DNA of 60,263 bases, the filler included. It is 7 parts of 7 records of this genome, joined end to end, with 100 filler letters (N's around TTAATTAATTAA, not from the genome) between each part and the next. Parts side by side here need not be neighbours in the genome. Positions count along the whole stretch, not along the records: positions 46,045 to 54,841 come from SRR31156797_19754; positions 54,942 to 60,263 come from SRR31156797_19786; 5 more parts are not named here. One strand, written 5' to 3'. This document shows, piece after piece, positions 48,610 to 58,115 of this stretch; position 1 is the first letter of the stretch, and each line of letters opens with the position of its first letter. The position numbers and the translations under genes are program-made. The notes under the pieces were generated by a model. The model had not been told where the DNA came from. It made no database searches and saw only the letters and a program-made list of their open reading frames with translations.

Positions 48610-49779
48610 ATGGAAAATTTAGATGCACAGACACTTGCACTTTTAGTTGCTTTTATACAGTTTGTATTTTTCTTGGTTTTTGGAGTTTCGGCACTTAGAA
48701 GTAAAGAAAAATATCTTAAGTATATAACAACTGGTTTATTTATAAATACACTGGGATTTGCTTTTGTTAGTTTAAACTCAGTGAGTATAATTATTGGTAG
48801 CTATATTGCAAATATACTGTTGATTTACGGTTATGTAGTTGTAATTTTTGGTTTTTGTGAACTGATGAATTTCAAAAAAAGAGAAGAGTTTTTCTTCTAT
48901 ACTTTGATTGTTCATTTAATTATCTATTTTTATTTTACTTTTGTTGCTTATAATCTGATAGTTCGTATGTTTATATTTAGTTTTGAGGCTGTAGCCATCG
49001 GCTTATATTTTTTAGTTATTTCATTAAAATATTACAGTAAAAAAGGTTATTTAATAATTTTATTATTTGCATTATCAACTATAGTTTTTAAATCTATTCA
49101 TATATGGAGAATGGCAAAAATACTAATAGAGATAAGCCAACCCGGAATATATTTTTTGGATTATGATATAACAAAATATCTGTTTTTATCAATGGTAATT
49201 TTTAATGTAACACTATTTACGTCTATAGTTTTATTAGCTTCAAAAATTTATTGTGATAAGTTAAATGAAAAAAATGCTGAATTATTTGAATTAGCTTCAA
49301 TTGATTATTTAACAAAAATAGATAATTTGAGAACTCTGCTAAAAAAACTTGAAAGAGAGATAAGAAAATCTAAAACTAATGATGAAAAGTTATCACTTCT
49401 AATGATTGATATTGATAATTTTAAGAAAATAAATGATAAATTCGGGCATATGATAGGGGATAAAGTTTTGCTTGTTTTTTCACAAATAATTAAAGCAAAT
49501 CTTAGATTATCTGATATATTTGGAAGATACGGTGGAGAAGAGTTTCTTTTGATTTTACCAAATACAGGAATTGAAGAGAGTAAACATTTAATAAATAGAA
49601 TTTATAAGTCACTCAATGAAATTGATTGGGAGCTTGATGATCAAGATATTACTTTTAGTGGCGGAATGATAGAAATAAATAATAATAATTATGATTTGGA
49701 AACAAGGCATTTAATTAATAAAGCAGATGAGTTATTATATCTCGCGAAGAAAAAAGGTAAAAACAGGATAGAGTGCTAG
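48610..49779 (+). CDS. Multi-TM diguanylate cyclase 2
   Basis: About 7 TM helices, DYLT, DIDNFK, RLSD I-site, RYGGEEF. Confidence 0.93.
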   Translation: MENLDAQTLALLVAFIQFVFFLVFGVSALRSKEKYLKYITTGLFINTLGFAFVSLNSVSIIIGSYIANILLIYGYVVVIFGFCELMNFKKREEFFFYTLIVHLIIYFYFTFVAYNLIVRMFIFSFEAVAIGLYFLVISLKYYSKKGYLIILLFALSTIVFKSIHIWRMAKILIEISQPGIYFLDYDITKYLFLSMVIFNVTLFTSIVLLASKIYCDKLNEKNAELFELASIDYLTKIDNLRTLLKKLEREIRKSKTNDEKLSLLMIDIDNFKKINDKFGHMIGDKVLLVFSQIIKANLRLSDIFGRYGGEEFLLILPNTGIEESKHLINRIYKSLNEIDWELDDQDITFSGGMIEINNNNYDLETRHLINKADELLYLAKKKGKNRIEC

Positions 49780-49813
49780 TTTTAATATTAACTAGTTGAA
49801 GGGGTGGTTAAGT

Positions 49814-51004
49814 TTGTTTGAATATATTGAGCCGAGAACGTTATCTTATACTTTAGTTTTACTTCAATTAGTTTATATTGTTGTTTTTTGTGTTGCAATT
49901 ATTAAGGATAATCAAAGCTATATGAAATATGTAACAGCCAGTTTATTAATTAATTTTTTTGGATTTTTAGTAATCAGTATCCATAGAATAGAGGGAAATT
50001 GGTTAATCTATTTAGGTAATTCTTTACTTTTTTTAGGTTATGTTTATTTTGTTGCCGGAATATTTACTTTAACCGGTTTTACAATAAATAAAAAAAATAT
50101 TTTATATATATATTTGCTGCATTTACTAATTCATTTTTTTCCATCGATTATGGCACCGAACTTTCTGATTAGAACAACATTATTTAGTTTACAATCTTTT
50201 TGTTTGTCGATATTATTAGCTATAATTTTATTTAGATTTTATATAACTAATAAATTTCTAATTACACTTTTACCTGCGTTTTCTTCAATAGGATTAGGGA
50301 TTTATCAATTAGTGAGAATAGTTATTATTATGGAAAATATTAAAATAAGAGAACTGTTTTCAAGTTCTAGTTTAGTTATATCGATGTACCTGGTTACTAT
50401 AGTTTATAATGCAATTATTTATAGTTCAACTATTCTAATAGCTTCCAAGATTTATTCAGAACAGCTTAAAGAGAAAAGTAAAGAGTTAAAAAAAGCGGCT
50501 TCAACTGATTATTTAACAAAAACTCAAAATCTTAGATCGCTGATAAAACACTTGGATGTTGAACTTGAAAAATTAAATAAGGATAGTAGAAAATTATCAA
50601 TTGCAGTAATAGATCTGGATCATTTCAAAAATGTAAATGATGAATACGGTCATTTAGTCGGGGATGAAGTACTGACAAAAATTGCGCAACTTTTTCAGAG
50701 AAATATAAAAAAAACAGATATTTTTGGTCGTTACGGAGGAGAAGAATTTTTGCTGATACTTCCGGAAACTAATTTGAGAAATTCAAAAGATTTACTTGAT
50801 AGTATTAGAGAAAATATAAAAAATTATAGATGGAAATATAGAGGTTTAGAAGTTGATTTTAGTGCAGGTTTAATTGAAATTGACTCTATAAACACTAAAA
50901 AAAATGACTATAAGGCTTTATTGAAAGAAGCTGATAAATATCTCTATATTGCAAAGAATAACGGGAGAGGAAGAACTGAGTGTCCCGTTGAAGAAAGTTC
51001 TTGA
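49814..51004 (+). CDS. Multi-TM diguanylate cyclase 3
   Basis: About 7 TM helices, DYLT, DLDHFK, RYGGEEF. TTG 49814 after AAGGGG is the likely start. Confidence 0.93.
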   Translation: MFEYIEPRTLSYTLVLLQLVYIVVFCVAIIKDNQSYMKYVTASLLINFFGFLVISIHRIEGNWLIYLGNSLLFLGYVYFVAGIFTLTGFTINKKNILYIYLLHLLIHFFPSIMAPNFLIRTTLFSLQSFCLSILLAIILFRFYITNKFLITLLPAFSSIGLGIYQLVRIVIIMENIKIRELFSSSSLVISMYLVTIVYNAIIYSSTILIASKIYSEQLKEKSKELKKAASTDYLTKTQNLRSLIKHLDVELEKLNKDSRKLSIAVIDLDHFKNVNDEYGHLVGDEVLTKIAQLFQRNIKKTDIFGRYGGEEFLLILPETNLRNSKDLLDSIRENIKNYRWKYRGLEVDFSAGLIEIDSINTKKNDYKALLKEADKYLYIAKNNGRGRTECPVEESS

Positions 51005-51029
51005 CTTCAAAGTTAATGCATTATAGAAT
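51001..51029 (+). promoter_or_regulatory. Sigma70 promoter of the cbi leader
   Basis: TTGACT-17 nt-TAGAAT. Confidence 0.75.
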
Positions 51030-51059
51030 AGAAAGAAAAGTTCAAACATAAAACATATT

Positions 51060-51325
51060 TATCTTGGTGATCGTGTAATTTTTAATTATTTGATCTTAAA
51101 AAGGAAGTCGGTGTGAATCCGATACAGCCCCCACTACTGTGATGCTGACGAAAGCACATATATCCACTGGTTGAGGAAGAATTTTGTTTTAGTTTACTAA
51201 AGTATGCTAAAACAAATCAAAAAAATCTAAAATCTATAGAAAGATTAAGATTTTTTCTTCTTTATAATTTCAACTGGGAAGGACGTGCGAGTAGAATGAA
51301 GCTAGTCAGGAGACTTACCTCGATA
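51060..51325 (+). promoter_or_regulatory. Cobalamin riboswitch
   Basis: GGTG...AAAAGGAAGTCGGTGTGAATCCGATACAGCCCCCACTACTGT...CCACTG...CTGGGAAGG...AGTCAGGAGACTTACC, upstream of cbi genes. Confidence 0.92.
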
Positions 51326-51455
51326 ATGAATAGTAATTTAATTTTCGGGGATGGGAAAATTCATACTTAAATAAAATAAATAGAATTGAGTGTGAGCTCA
51401 GTTTTGTTATATATATAATGCAGTATTTTCTGTAACTGCGTACTTTAAGTATATT

Positions 51456-51483
51456 AAGACCATTTTCGTAATGGTCTTTTTTT
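51456..51483 (+). terminator. Riboswitch-controlled terminator
   Basis: AAGACCATT-TTCGT-AATGGTCTT plus a T-tract, between the aptamer and cbiA. Confidence 0.8.
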
Positions 51484-51631
51484 ATTTTTTAAATTGTCAT
51501 ATTTTGTCAATTTTTGTTATATTTTGCTTTTAATCATGATTGAGTTTAATTTTTTGCTACATCATACCTTGTCCGCTTGCGGCGTGGTTTGTTTATTTTT
51601 ATTTACACTATTTTTACGAGGATGAAATAAT

Positions 51632-52966
51632 ATGAGAAGAGTAATGATAGCCGGTGTTCGAAGCGGTGTAGGAAAAACTACTATAAGTAGCGCTATAATG
51701 AGTGCTATGAATAAAAGATATGGAAATATAGCTCCGTTTAAATCAGGGCCTGATTATATTGACCCAAGATTTCATGAGTTTATGACGGGTAATCCATCAT
51801 ATAACTTAGATGCGTTTATGCTTGGAGAGGAGACTCTTAAACATAACTTTTATAAGAATTCACGAGATAAAAGTATATCTATAGTAGAAGGAGTAATGGG
51901 CCTGTATGATGGTTTAGGTCACGGACTTGATAACTATAGTTCGGCTCATACAGCCAGAATATTAGATATTCCTGTTATCTTAGTGGTAAACGGAAAAGGA
52001 TTATCAACCAGTATAGCTGCTGAAATTAAAGGTTATTCAGAGCTTGATCCCAGAGTAAATATAGTCGGTGTGATAATCAATAATATCTCTAATGAAAAAT
52101 TATATGAGCATTTAAAAGAGGCTGTTGAAAAGTATACTAATACAGAGTGCTTGGGATATTTTCCAATTGATGAATCGATTAAGCTGGAAAGCAGACATCT
52201 GGGTCTAAAGCAAGCAAGTGAACTGGAAGATATGAAAAACAGGGTAAATAACTTAGGCGAATTAGCAGAAAAATATATAGACTTAGATAAAATATATGAG
52301 CTGGCATATACTGATAAAAATTATGAGTATATAGATATTAATAAAGATGTTAGCGAAACCTTATCAGGGAAACGAATAGCCATTGCAAAAGATAAAGCAT
52401 TTTCTTTTTATTATAACTCTAATATAGATTTAATTAAAGAAAGTGGTGCTGAAATAGTTTATTTTAGTCCTCTGGAAGACAGCGAACTTCCTAAAAATAT
52501 TGATACACTTTATCTTGGAGGAGGCTACCCTGAAAATTATGCTAAAGAGTTATTTGCAAATAAAAATATGCTAAACAGTATCAGAGGATTTTATGAATCA
52601 AATAAACGAATTTATGCTGAATGTGGTGGTTTTATCTATCTAACAAATGGAATTAAACAGTTAAACGGAGAGTTTGATAAGTTGTGCGGAATTCTTGATA
52701 TAGAGATAGAGATGAAATCAAGGCTAAATATCAGAAGGTTCGGTTATATAGAGATAGAAACAGATGATAAAGACAAGATAAGGGCACATGAATTTCATTA
52801 TTCCGGAATATCAAATAGCAAAGAAGAGAACTGCTATTTTGATATAAAAAAAGTAAGTAAAGGAACTAAGTGGAAATGTGGGTATAGAAAGTTAGGAGTG
52901 ATTGCAGGTTATCCGCATATAAATTTTTATAGTAATATGGAATTTTTTAAGAAAGTATTTAAATAA
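51632..52966 (+). CDS. cbiA: Cobyrinate a,c-diamide synthase
   Basis: SGVGKT, FKSGPDYIDP, EGVMGLYDG, SRHLGL, GGGYPE, AECGG, HEFHY. Confidence 0.96.
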   Translation: MRRVMIAGVRSGVGKTTISSAIMSAMNKRYGNIAPFKSGPDYIDPRFHEFMTGNPSYNLDAFMLGEETLKHNFYKNSRDKSISIVEGVMGLYDGLGHGLDNYSSAHTARILDIPVILVVNGKGLSTSIAAEIKGYSELDPRVNIVGVIINNISNEKLYEHLKEAVEKYTNTECLGYFPIDESIKLESRHLGLKQASELEDMKNRVNNLGELAEKYIDLDKIYELAYTDKNYEYIDINKDVSETLSGKRIAIAKDKAFSFYYNSNIDLIKESGAEIVYFSPLEDSELPKNIDTLYLGGGYPENYAKELFANKNMLNSIRGFYESNKRIYAECGGFIYLTNGIKQLNGEFDKLCGILDIEIEMKSRLNIRRFGYIEIETDDKDKIRAHEFHYSGISNSKEENCYFDIKKVSKGTKWKCGYRKLGVIAGYPHINFYSNMEFFKKVFK

Positions 52967-53047
52967 AGAAATTTTAAAACTTTTTAGCTGATTGATAAAA
53001 CGATGCAAGGTTTAAATGTGTTATTAAATAAAGAGAGGAATAAAGCG

Positions 53048-53689
53048 ATGTCATATATAAAAAAACCAATGGATATTGAGAGAAGAAGTTTTGAGATAAT
53101 AACAGAAGAACTTGGAGATAAAATTAATAAGTTTGAGGAAAATCAAAAGGCAATAGTAAAAAGAGTGATTCATACAACTGCTGATTTTGAATATGCTGAC
53201 TTGATTGAATTTAATAATAATGCAGTAGAATCAGCAATGGAAGCAATAAAAGGCGGATGTAAAATTTACTGTGATACAAAAATGATAGTAAATGGTTTAA
53301 GTAAAAAAAATCTTGAGAGATTTAACTGTACAGCTTATTCTCTTGTATCTGACGAAGAGGTAGCGAAAGAAGCTAAAGAGCGTGGAGTTACTCGTTCAAT
53401 TGTTGGGATGGAGAAAGCTCTAAATGATAAAGAGACTAAAATATTTCTAATAGGAAATGCACCAACAGCTCTATTTACTTTAATGGAAGCAGTAGAAAAA
53501 ACAGGAATTAACCCCTCACTTGTTATAGGAGTACCTGTAGGTTTTGTAGGAGCTGAGGAATCAAAAGAGCAGTTAGCAAGTAAGGATTATCCATATATTA
53601 GAATTAAAGGAAGAAAAGGCGGGAGTACAGTTGCTGTAGCAACACTTCACGGTATTTTATATCAAATGTATGATAGAAAAGGTTTCTAG
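53048..53689 (+). CDS. cbiC: Cobalt-precorrin-8 methylmutase
   Basis: PMDIERRSF, RVIHTTADF, GNAPTAL, PVGFVGA, GRKGGS. ATG 53048 follows GAGG. Confidence 0.95.
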   Translation: MSYIKKPMDIERRSFEIITEELGDKINKFEENQKAIVKRVIHTTADFEYADLIEFNNNAVESAMEAIKGGCKIYCDTKMIVNGLSKKNLERFNCTAYSLVSDEEVAKEAKERGVTRSIVGMEKALNDKETKIFLIGNAPTALFTLMEAVEKTGINPSLVIGVPVGFVGAEESKEQLASKDYPYIRIKGRKGGSTVAVATLHGILYQMYDRKGF

Positions 53690-53694
53690 TTAAA

Positions 53695-54792
53695 ATGGAA
53701 AAATACGTAGTTTATAATGGTAAAAAACTGAGATGTGGTTACACAACAGGTTCATGTGCTACAGCTGGAGCAAAGACCGGAGTGATGTTATTAAACGGAT
53801 TAATAAATAAAGAGACATCAGAGATATCAATAACTTTGCCTAACTCTGAAGAGATAAATATTCCTGTCAAAATTATAGAATCTTCAGCAAATCATGTAAT
53901 TACTTCTGTAATAAAAGATGGCGGAGATGATGTAGATATAACTAACGGACTGGAGATATTAACTAAAGTTTCCAAAAGAGAAGATAGCTTAATTAATATT
54001 AGCGGAGGAACAGGAGTTGGGAGAGTAACTAAAAAAGGACTTCCTGTAGAACTAGGAAAGTCGGCAATCAATCCTGTACCAATGCAGATGATAGAGAGTG
54101 CAGTAAAAGAGTATAGCAAAGATTCTGGTTATGACATAGAGCTAATAGTGCCTGAAGGTGAGGAAGCAGCCAAAAAAACACTGAACTCTAAACTTGGAAT
54201 AATCGGCGGAATATCTATCCTTGGAACGACAGGAATAGTTAAACCGATGTCAGAAGAAGCGTTTAAAGATTCTCTGGCAATTGAGCTGAAGTCTCTATTA
54301 ACTCAAAATAATAGTAAAGAAGTAATATTTACATTTGGAAATTTTGGTAAAAAATTTGCAGTAGAACAGCTTGGCAGAGATAAAAAAAATATAATAACTA
54401 TTAGTAATTTCGTAGGATTTATGCTTGAAAAAGCCTGTGAATACGGAGTCCGTAAAATAGAGTTTATTGGTAATATAGGTAAATTCGTAAAAGTATCCGG
54501 AGGGATATTTCACACTCATAGTTATGTATCTGATGCGAGATTAGAGATATTAACTTCAAATGCACTTCTGTGTGGTGAGAGCAGAGAAAACTTAATAAAT
54601 ATTATGAACTCTAATACAACAGAAGAAGCACTTGAATATATAGAGAAATGTGAAGTTTATGAATTACTAGCTGAAAAAGCAAAAGAAAAATGCAAAGCTT
54701 ATATTAGAAGAAATGGAAAAGAGATAGAGGTATCAACTCTTATTTTTTCAAATATAAAAGGGGAGTTGGCTAGAAGTAGTAATTATGAATAA
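53695..54792 (+). CDS. cbiD: Cobalt-precorrin-5B C1-methyltransferase
   Basis: LRCGYTTGSCA, KDGGDD.D.T, GVGRVT, AINPVP, GGISILGTTGIV, HTHS. Confidence 0.96.
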   Translation: MEKYVVYNGKKLRCGYTTGSCATAGAKTGVMLLNGLINKETSEISITLPNSEEINIPVKIIESSANHVITSVIKDGGDDVDITNGLEILTKVSKREDSLINISGGTGVGRVTKKGLPVELGKSAINPVPMQMIESAVKEYSKDSGYDIELIVPEGEEAAKKTLNSKLGIIGGISILGTTGIVKPMSEEAFKDSLAIELKSLLTQNNSKEVIFTFGNFGKKFAVEQLGRDKKNIITISNFVGFMLEKACEYGVRKIEFIGNIGKFVKVSGGIFHTHSYVSDARLEILTSNALLCGESRENLINIMNSNTTEEALEYIEKCEVYELLAEKAKEKCKAYIRRNGKEIEVSTLIFSNIKGELARSSNYE

Positions 54793-54841
54793 ATAATTTA
54801 GAAGAAAAAGATATATATAAATTCTAGTTTCTTATAGGCAC

Positions 54842-54941
54842 NNNNNNNNNNNNNNNNNNNNNNNNNNNNNNNNNNNNNNNNNNNNTTAATTAATTAANNN
54901 NNNNNNNNNNNNNNNNNNNNNNNNNNNNNNNNNNNNNNNNN
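54842..54941. other. Artificial contig linker
   Basis: N-run with TTAATTAATTAA. Confidence 0.99.
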
Positions 54942-55806
54942 CATGGGAGCGGGGAATCGCCGCGCTTATGTATCCGGCGCCGCTGCGGTAGGCCGCGGAA
55001 GCCGCCAGCGCGGGCGCCCCGTAGTAACAGCGCCCGCCGCCGATGATCAGGACCCGGCCGAAACTGCTTTTGTACCCCAGGGGATCCCTTTCCGCGAGTG
55101 GGCCCGGCAGGTTCAGTTCCGTCTTGAAATCATCCGCCTCATAGATCTCGGGCGGAAAGGATATGCGGGAACAGGAGAGCTTTCCGTTAAGGACAAAACC
55201 GGGGCTGATCAGATTGCCCAGCTTGGGCAGGCCGAAGCAGATCGTTCTGTCCGCTATGACGGCGCATCCCCGGGGCTGAGAGTTCAATCCGTCCAGCCCC
55301 GATGGAATATCCAGGGAGAGAACGGGAGCGTCCGCCTGGTTCATCATGCCTATGAGCAGCTTTTTCTCGCCCTCTGCTTCCCGGCTGAGTCCTATGCCCA
55401 GGAGGGCGTCCACGATCAGATCCGCCCGCCCGAAGAGCTCATCCAGCCTGTCAGATCCTTCAGCAGAGGGGCTGTCCCCTTCCGTTTTGTAGACTGGTAT
55501 TTTAAGTGAGGCAAGAGCATCGTAATTCTGCCGGGCCTCAGGACTCATCCTGTCGGGGGAGCCCGAGAGAAGGACGGCGGGACGTCTGCCGGCCGAATAG
55601 AGCTTGCGGGCCAGGGCGAGTCCGTCGCCGCCGTTGTTACCGCTGCCGCAGACAAGGGTGATCTCCCTGGCGGCAGGGTACTCTCTTTCTATCAGGAAAA
55701 GGCAGGAGGACGCTGCGCTCTCCATAAGGAGAGCGGCGGGTATGCCGAATCGGCGGATACAGTTCTCATCGGCCAGACGCATTTCATCGGGACCAGGAAC
55801 CTTCAT
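54942..55806 (-). CDS. nnr: Bifunctional NAD(P)HX epimerase/dehydratase, 3' truncated
   Basis: LMESAA, CGSGNNGGDG, VDALLGIG, DIPSG, then K..FG.VLIIGG...YGAP. Confidence 0.93.
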
Positions 55807-55809
55807 GAC

Positions 55810-56082
55810 CTATTCCGGATCAAAGCCCGCGAAGATGAAAATCTCGGACTGAACCCACATGAAGTTATTGTTCTCCGTGGGCACGAGGAACTTGGATGTC
55901 TCGATAACCGACTCGTCTTCAGCCACCAGGGTCACATCCTTTACGGCGAGAACAGGTATCTTTCTGCCGGGAAGGAAATTTTTGGCGATCTTGGCATAGT
56001 GGGACGATATATAAGGGAAAAAGTCATTCCTGTCCGTTTCATAGTTTTCCCTGATGGTGACAAAGAATATAGAGCTTTTCAT
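55810..56082 (-). CDS. Small hypothetical protein (90 aa)
   Basis: GGAGG ribosome-binding site; ends 3 nt upstream of nnr; protein-like composition. Confidence 0.75.
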   Translation of the reverse strand: MKSSIFFVTIRENYETDRNDFFPYISSHYAKIAKNFLPGRKIPVLAVKDVTLVAEDESVIETSKFLVPTENNNFMWVQSEIFIFAGFDPE

Positions 56083-56178
56083 TGGTACCTCCGAGAAGCG
56101 GATACGCTGTGTTTTCGTCTATCAGATTTAATTTATTATACAGGATTCGGAAAAGAAAGCCTGTAATTTTTTTATAAA

Positions 56179-57954
56179 TTATCCGGCGGGAGCGGCATTG
56201 TCAGTCGATTCCCCGTCAGACGCCTCTCCCTCACTGGCAACAGGCTCAACCGGAGCGGGGGGGGCAAACTGGACGCGAACGGTTTCCCTCGTATTTCTGT
56301 GCTTGATCTTCATATAAAGGGTCTTGCTGACGGAATCGTATACCCATCCGTCCGAATAACGCTGAAAACGGGGATCGCTTTTCCATCGGATGTTATGAAG
56401 GAAGAGGCGGTCGAAGGGTTCGACCCCTTTGACGACGAAGTGGTGAATCTGGCCCTTGGGAAAGTCGAAGTTCAGCTCAAGATACTGATCCGTCTTCCTG
56501 ACGGAGCTGCTCTCGGCAGCCGTATACAGCCAGTTACCCGATCCCAGTTCCCTGCTCAGGTCGATCATATCGGGAGCATATTCGGGGCTCTCATAAAGGG
56601 CGAAAACCTCTTCCGGTGAGATCCCGCCCTCTTCCAGGGACGCCCGTTCTCTGGAGAAAGATATACGGGAAGGGAGGATGCCGTTATCGTCCGCCCTGCC
56701 CAGGATCGAGATCCTCAGTTGAGAGGCGATGGCCTGGAGTTCCCTCGTATCCGACTCCTCTCCGGCCCTCTCCAGAAGCTCCGCTGCCTCAAGGGTGAAA
56801 AGGGTATCCGATTCGGGGGTGTCGGGATGGAAGATATAGAGCCCTTCCTCGAGCCATACGATCAGGGGATAGACATTCTCTTCAATCCAGGAAACCGTTT
56901 CATCCGTCGCCTCCCTGTCCAGCATGGCCTTCAGTTCCAGGATCTCCTTATAGGGAGACTGGTCGGGATTGGCATCGAGTTTCAGTTCTTTTTCACGGCT
57001 CAGCAGGGTTTCGGGCCCGCTTCTGAGTATGGGTCCCGACTTGTTGACGATATCCCCGCTGAAAGGGCTGGAGTACCAGCTCAGCTCGGTATTGTGTCTT
57101 TCTGCCGCCCTGAGGAGGTCTCCGGACAGGAGAGAGGCCTCTCCCCTTCTGAACGATTCGGAAAGGAACTGAACGAGAGCCTTCTCGCTGAATTCCGAGC
57201 CTCCTTTCGGCATCTTCCATTCACCCGAGTTCTTATCAAAGCGTTTTTTCCAGCCCTCGTAGGCCTTGTCAGAAAAAGCGCTGATGCTTTCGTTGCGCCC
57301 CGGGAGCCCCTGCCCGCCGTCGGCCAGCCATTCGCGAACGCTGCGGCCCAGGCCGGGCGCCTTGTCCTCCAGGGTGAGGGTATGGCTGACCCTGTCGACC
57401 ATGGAGACCAGAAGTTCGCCCTTGATATACTGAATGTTTCCGCTGGAGCTCAGAAAAAAGCTGCTTGTACCGTCGCTGAGGATCATGCGGTTCTTCTCAT
57501 CCAGGCTTAACTCGTAGTTCTCCATCGGCCCGCAGCTGAACCTCAGCTCCGTGATGGGCGGAATGGTCTGGGGAACCGTAATGTCGATGCTGCTTTTATT
57601 GGGAAGGCTCGTAGCCGTGATGGATATTCCATATTTAAAGGAAAGGACGACGGAGTTCTCTTTCTCATCCAGTCTCTCAAGGCCCAGCTTGCGGACGATT
57701 CCGTCCTCCGTCTTCATCGTAATGCTGCGGCCGCCCCGGAACAGCATCTTCAGGCCGTTGGTGGACAGCTCCAGCCGGCTGATCCTCGCCGGAGACAGTC
57801 CGGTAGGTATGGTCATCTTCCCTTTGTAAGAAACGTTTTCCAGGACCAGAGACATCCCTTCGTAGCGGGAAAAGTGAAGATAAAGAAAGAGAGCGATCAG
57901 CAGGAGATAGACGAAGGGGAGCCCCCTCAGGAAGGGCTTGGTTTTCTGGTTCAT
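56179..57954 (-). CDS. Membrane-anchored hypothetical protein (~590 aa)
   Basis: ATG 57954, one N-terminal TM helix, C-terminal GVEPF...W.SDPRFQRY..GW.Y motif. Confidence 0.75.
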   Translation of the reverse strand: MNQKTKPFLRGLPFVYLLLIALFLYLHFSRYEGMSLVLENVSYKGKMTIPTGLSPARISRLELSTNGLKMLFRGGRSITMKTEDGIVRKLGLERLDEKENSVVLSFKYGISITATSLPNKSSIDITVPQTIPPITELRFSCGPMENYELSLDEKNRMILSDGTSSFFLSSSGNIQYIKGELLVSMVDRVSHTLTLEDKAPGLGRSVREWLADGGQGLPGRNESISAFSDKAYEGWKKRFDKNSGEWKMPKGGSEFSEKALVQFLSESFRRGEASLLSGDLLRAAERHNTELSWYSSPFSGDIVNKSGPILRSGPETLLSREKELKLDANPDQSPYKEILELKAMLDREATDETVSWIEENVYPLIVWLEEGLYIFHPDTPESDTLFTLEAAELLERAGEESDTRELQAIASQLRISILGRADDNGILPSRISFSRERASLEEGGISPEEVFALYESPEYAPDMIDLSRELGSGNWLYTAAESSSVRKTDQYLELNFDFPKGQIHHFVVKGVEPFDRLFLHNIRWKSDPRFQRYSDGWVYDSVSKTLYMKIKHRNTRETVRVQFAPPAPVEPVASEGEASDGESTDNAAPAG

Positions 57955-58115
57955 AGGACCCGATATTACCAGCAGGAAAGTAAAAATGCAACCTTGTCCA
58001 AAACGGCCTCGAGCGGTATATTTACATCTATATGTAGCGAATTTCTGATCGCCGTTCCCCGGCAGGCGGCCCTTCGGCCGCACCGGTTATCTCTTCTGTT
58101 CTAAAAGGAGTTCAA

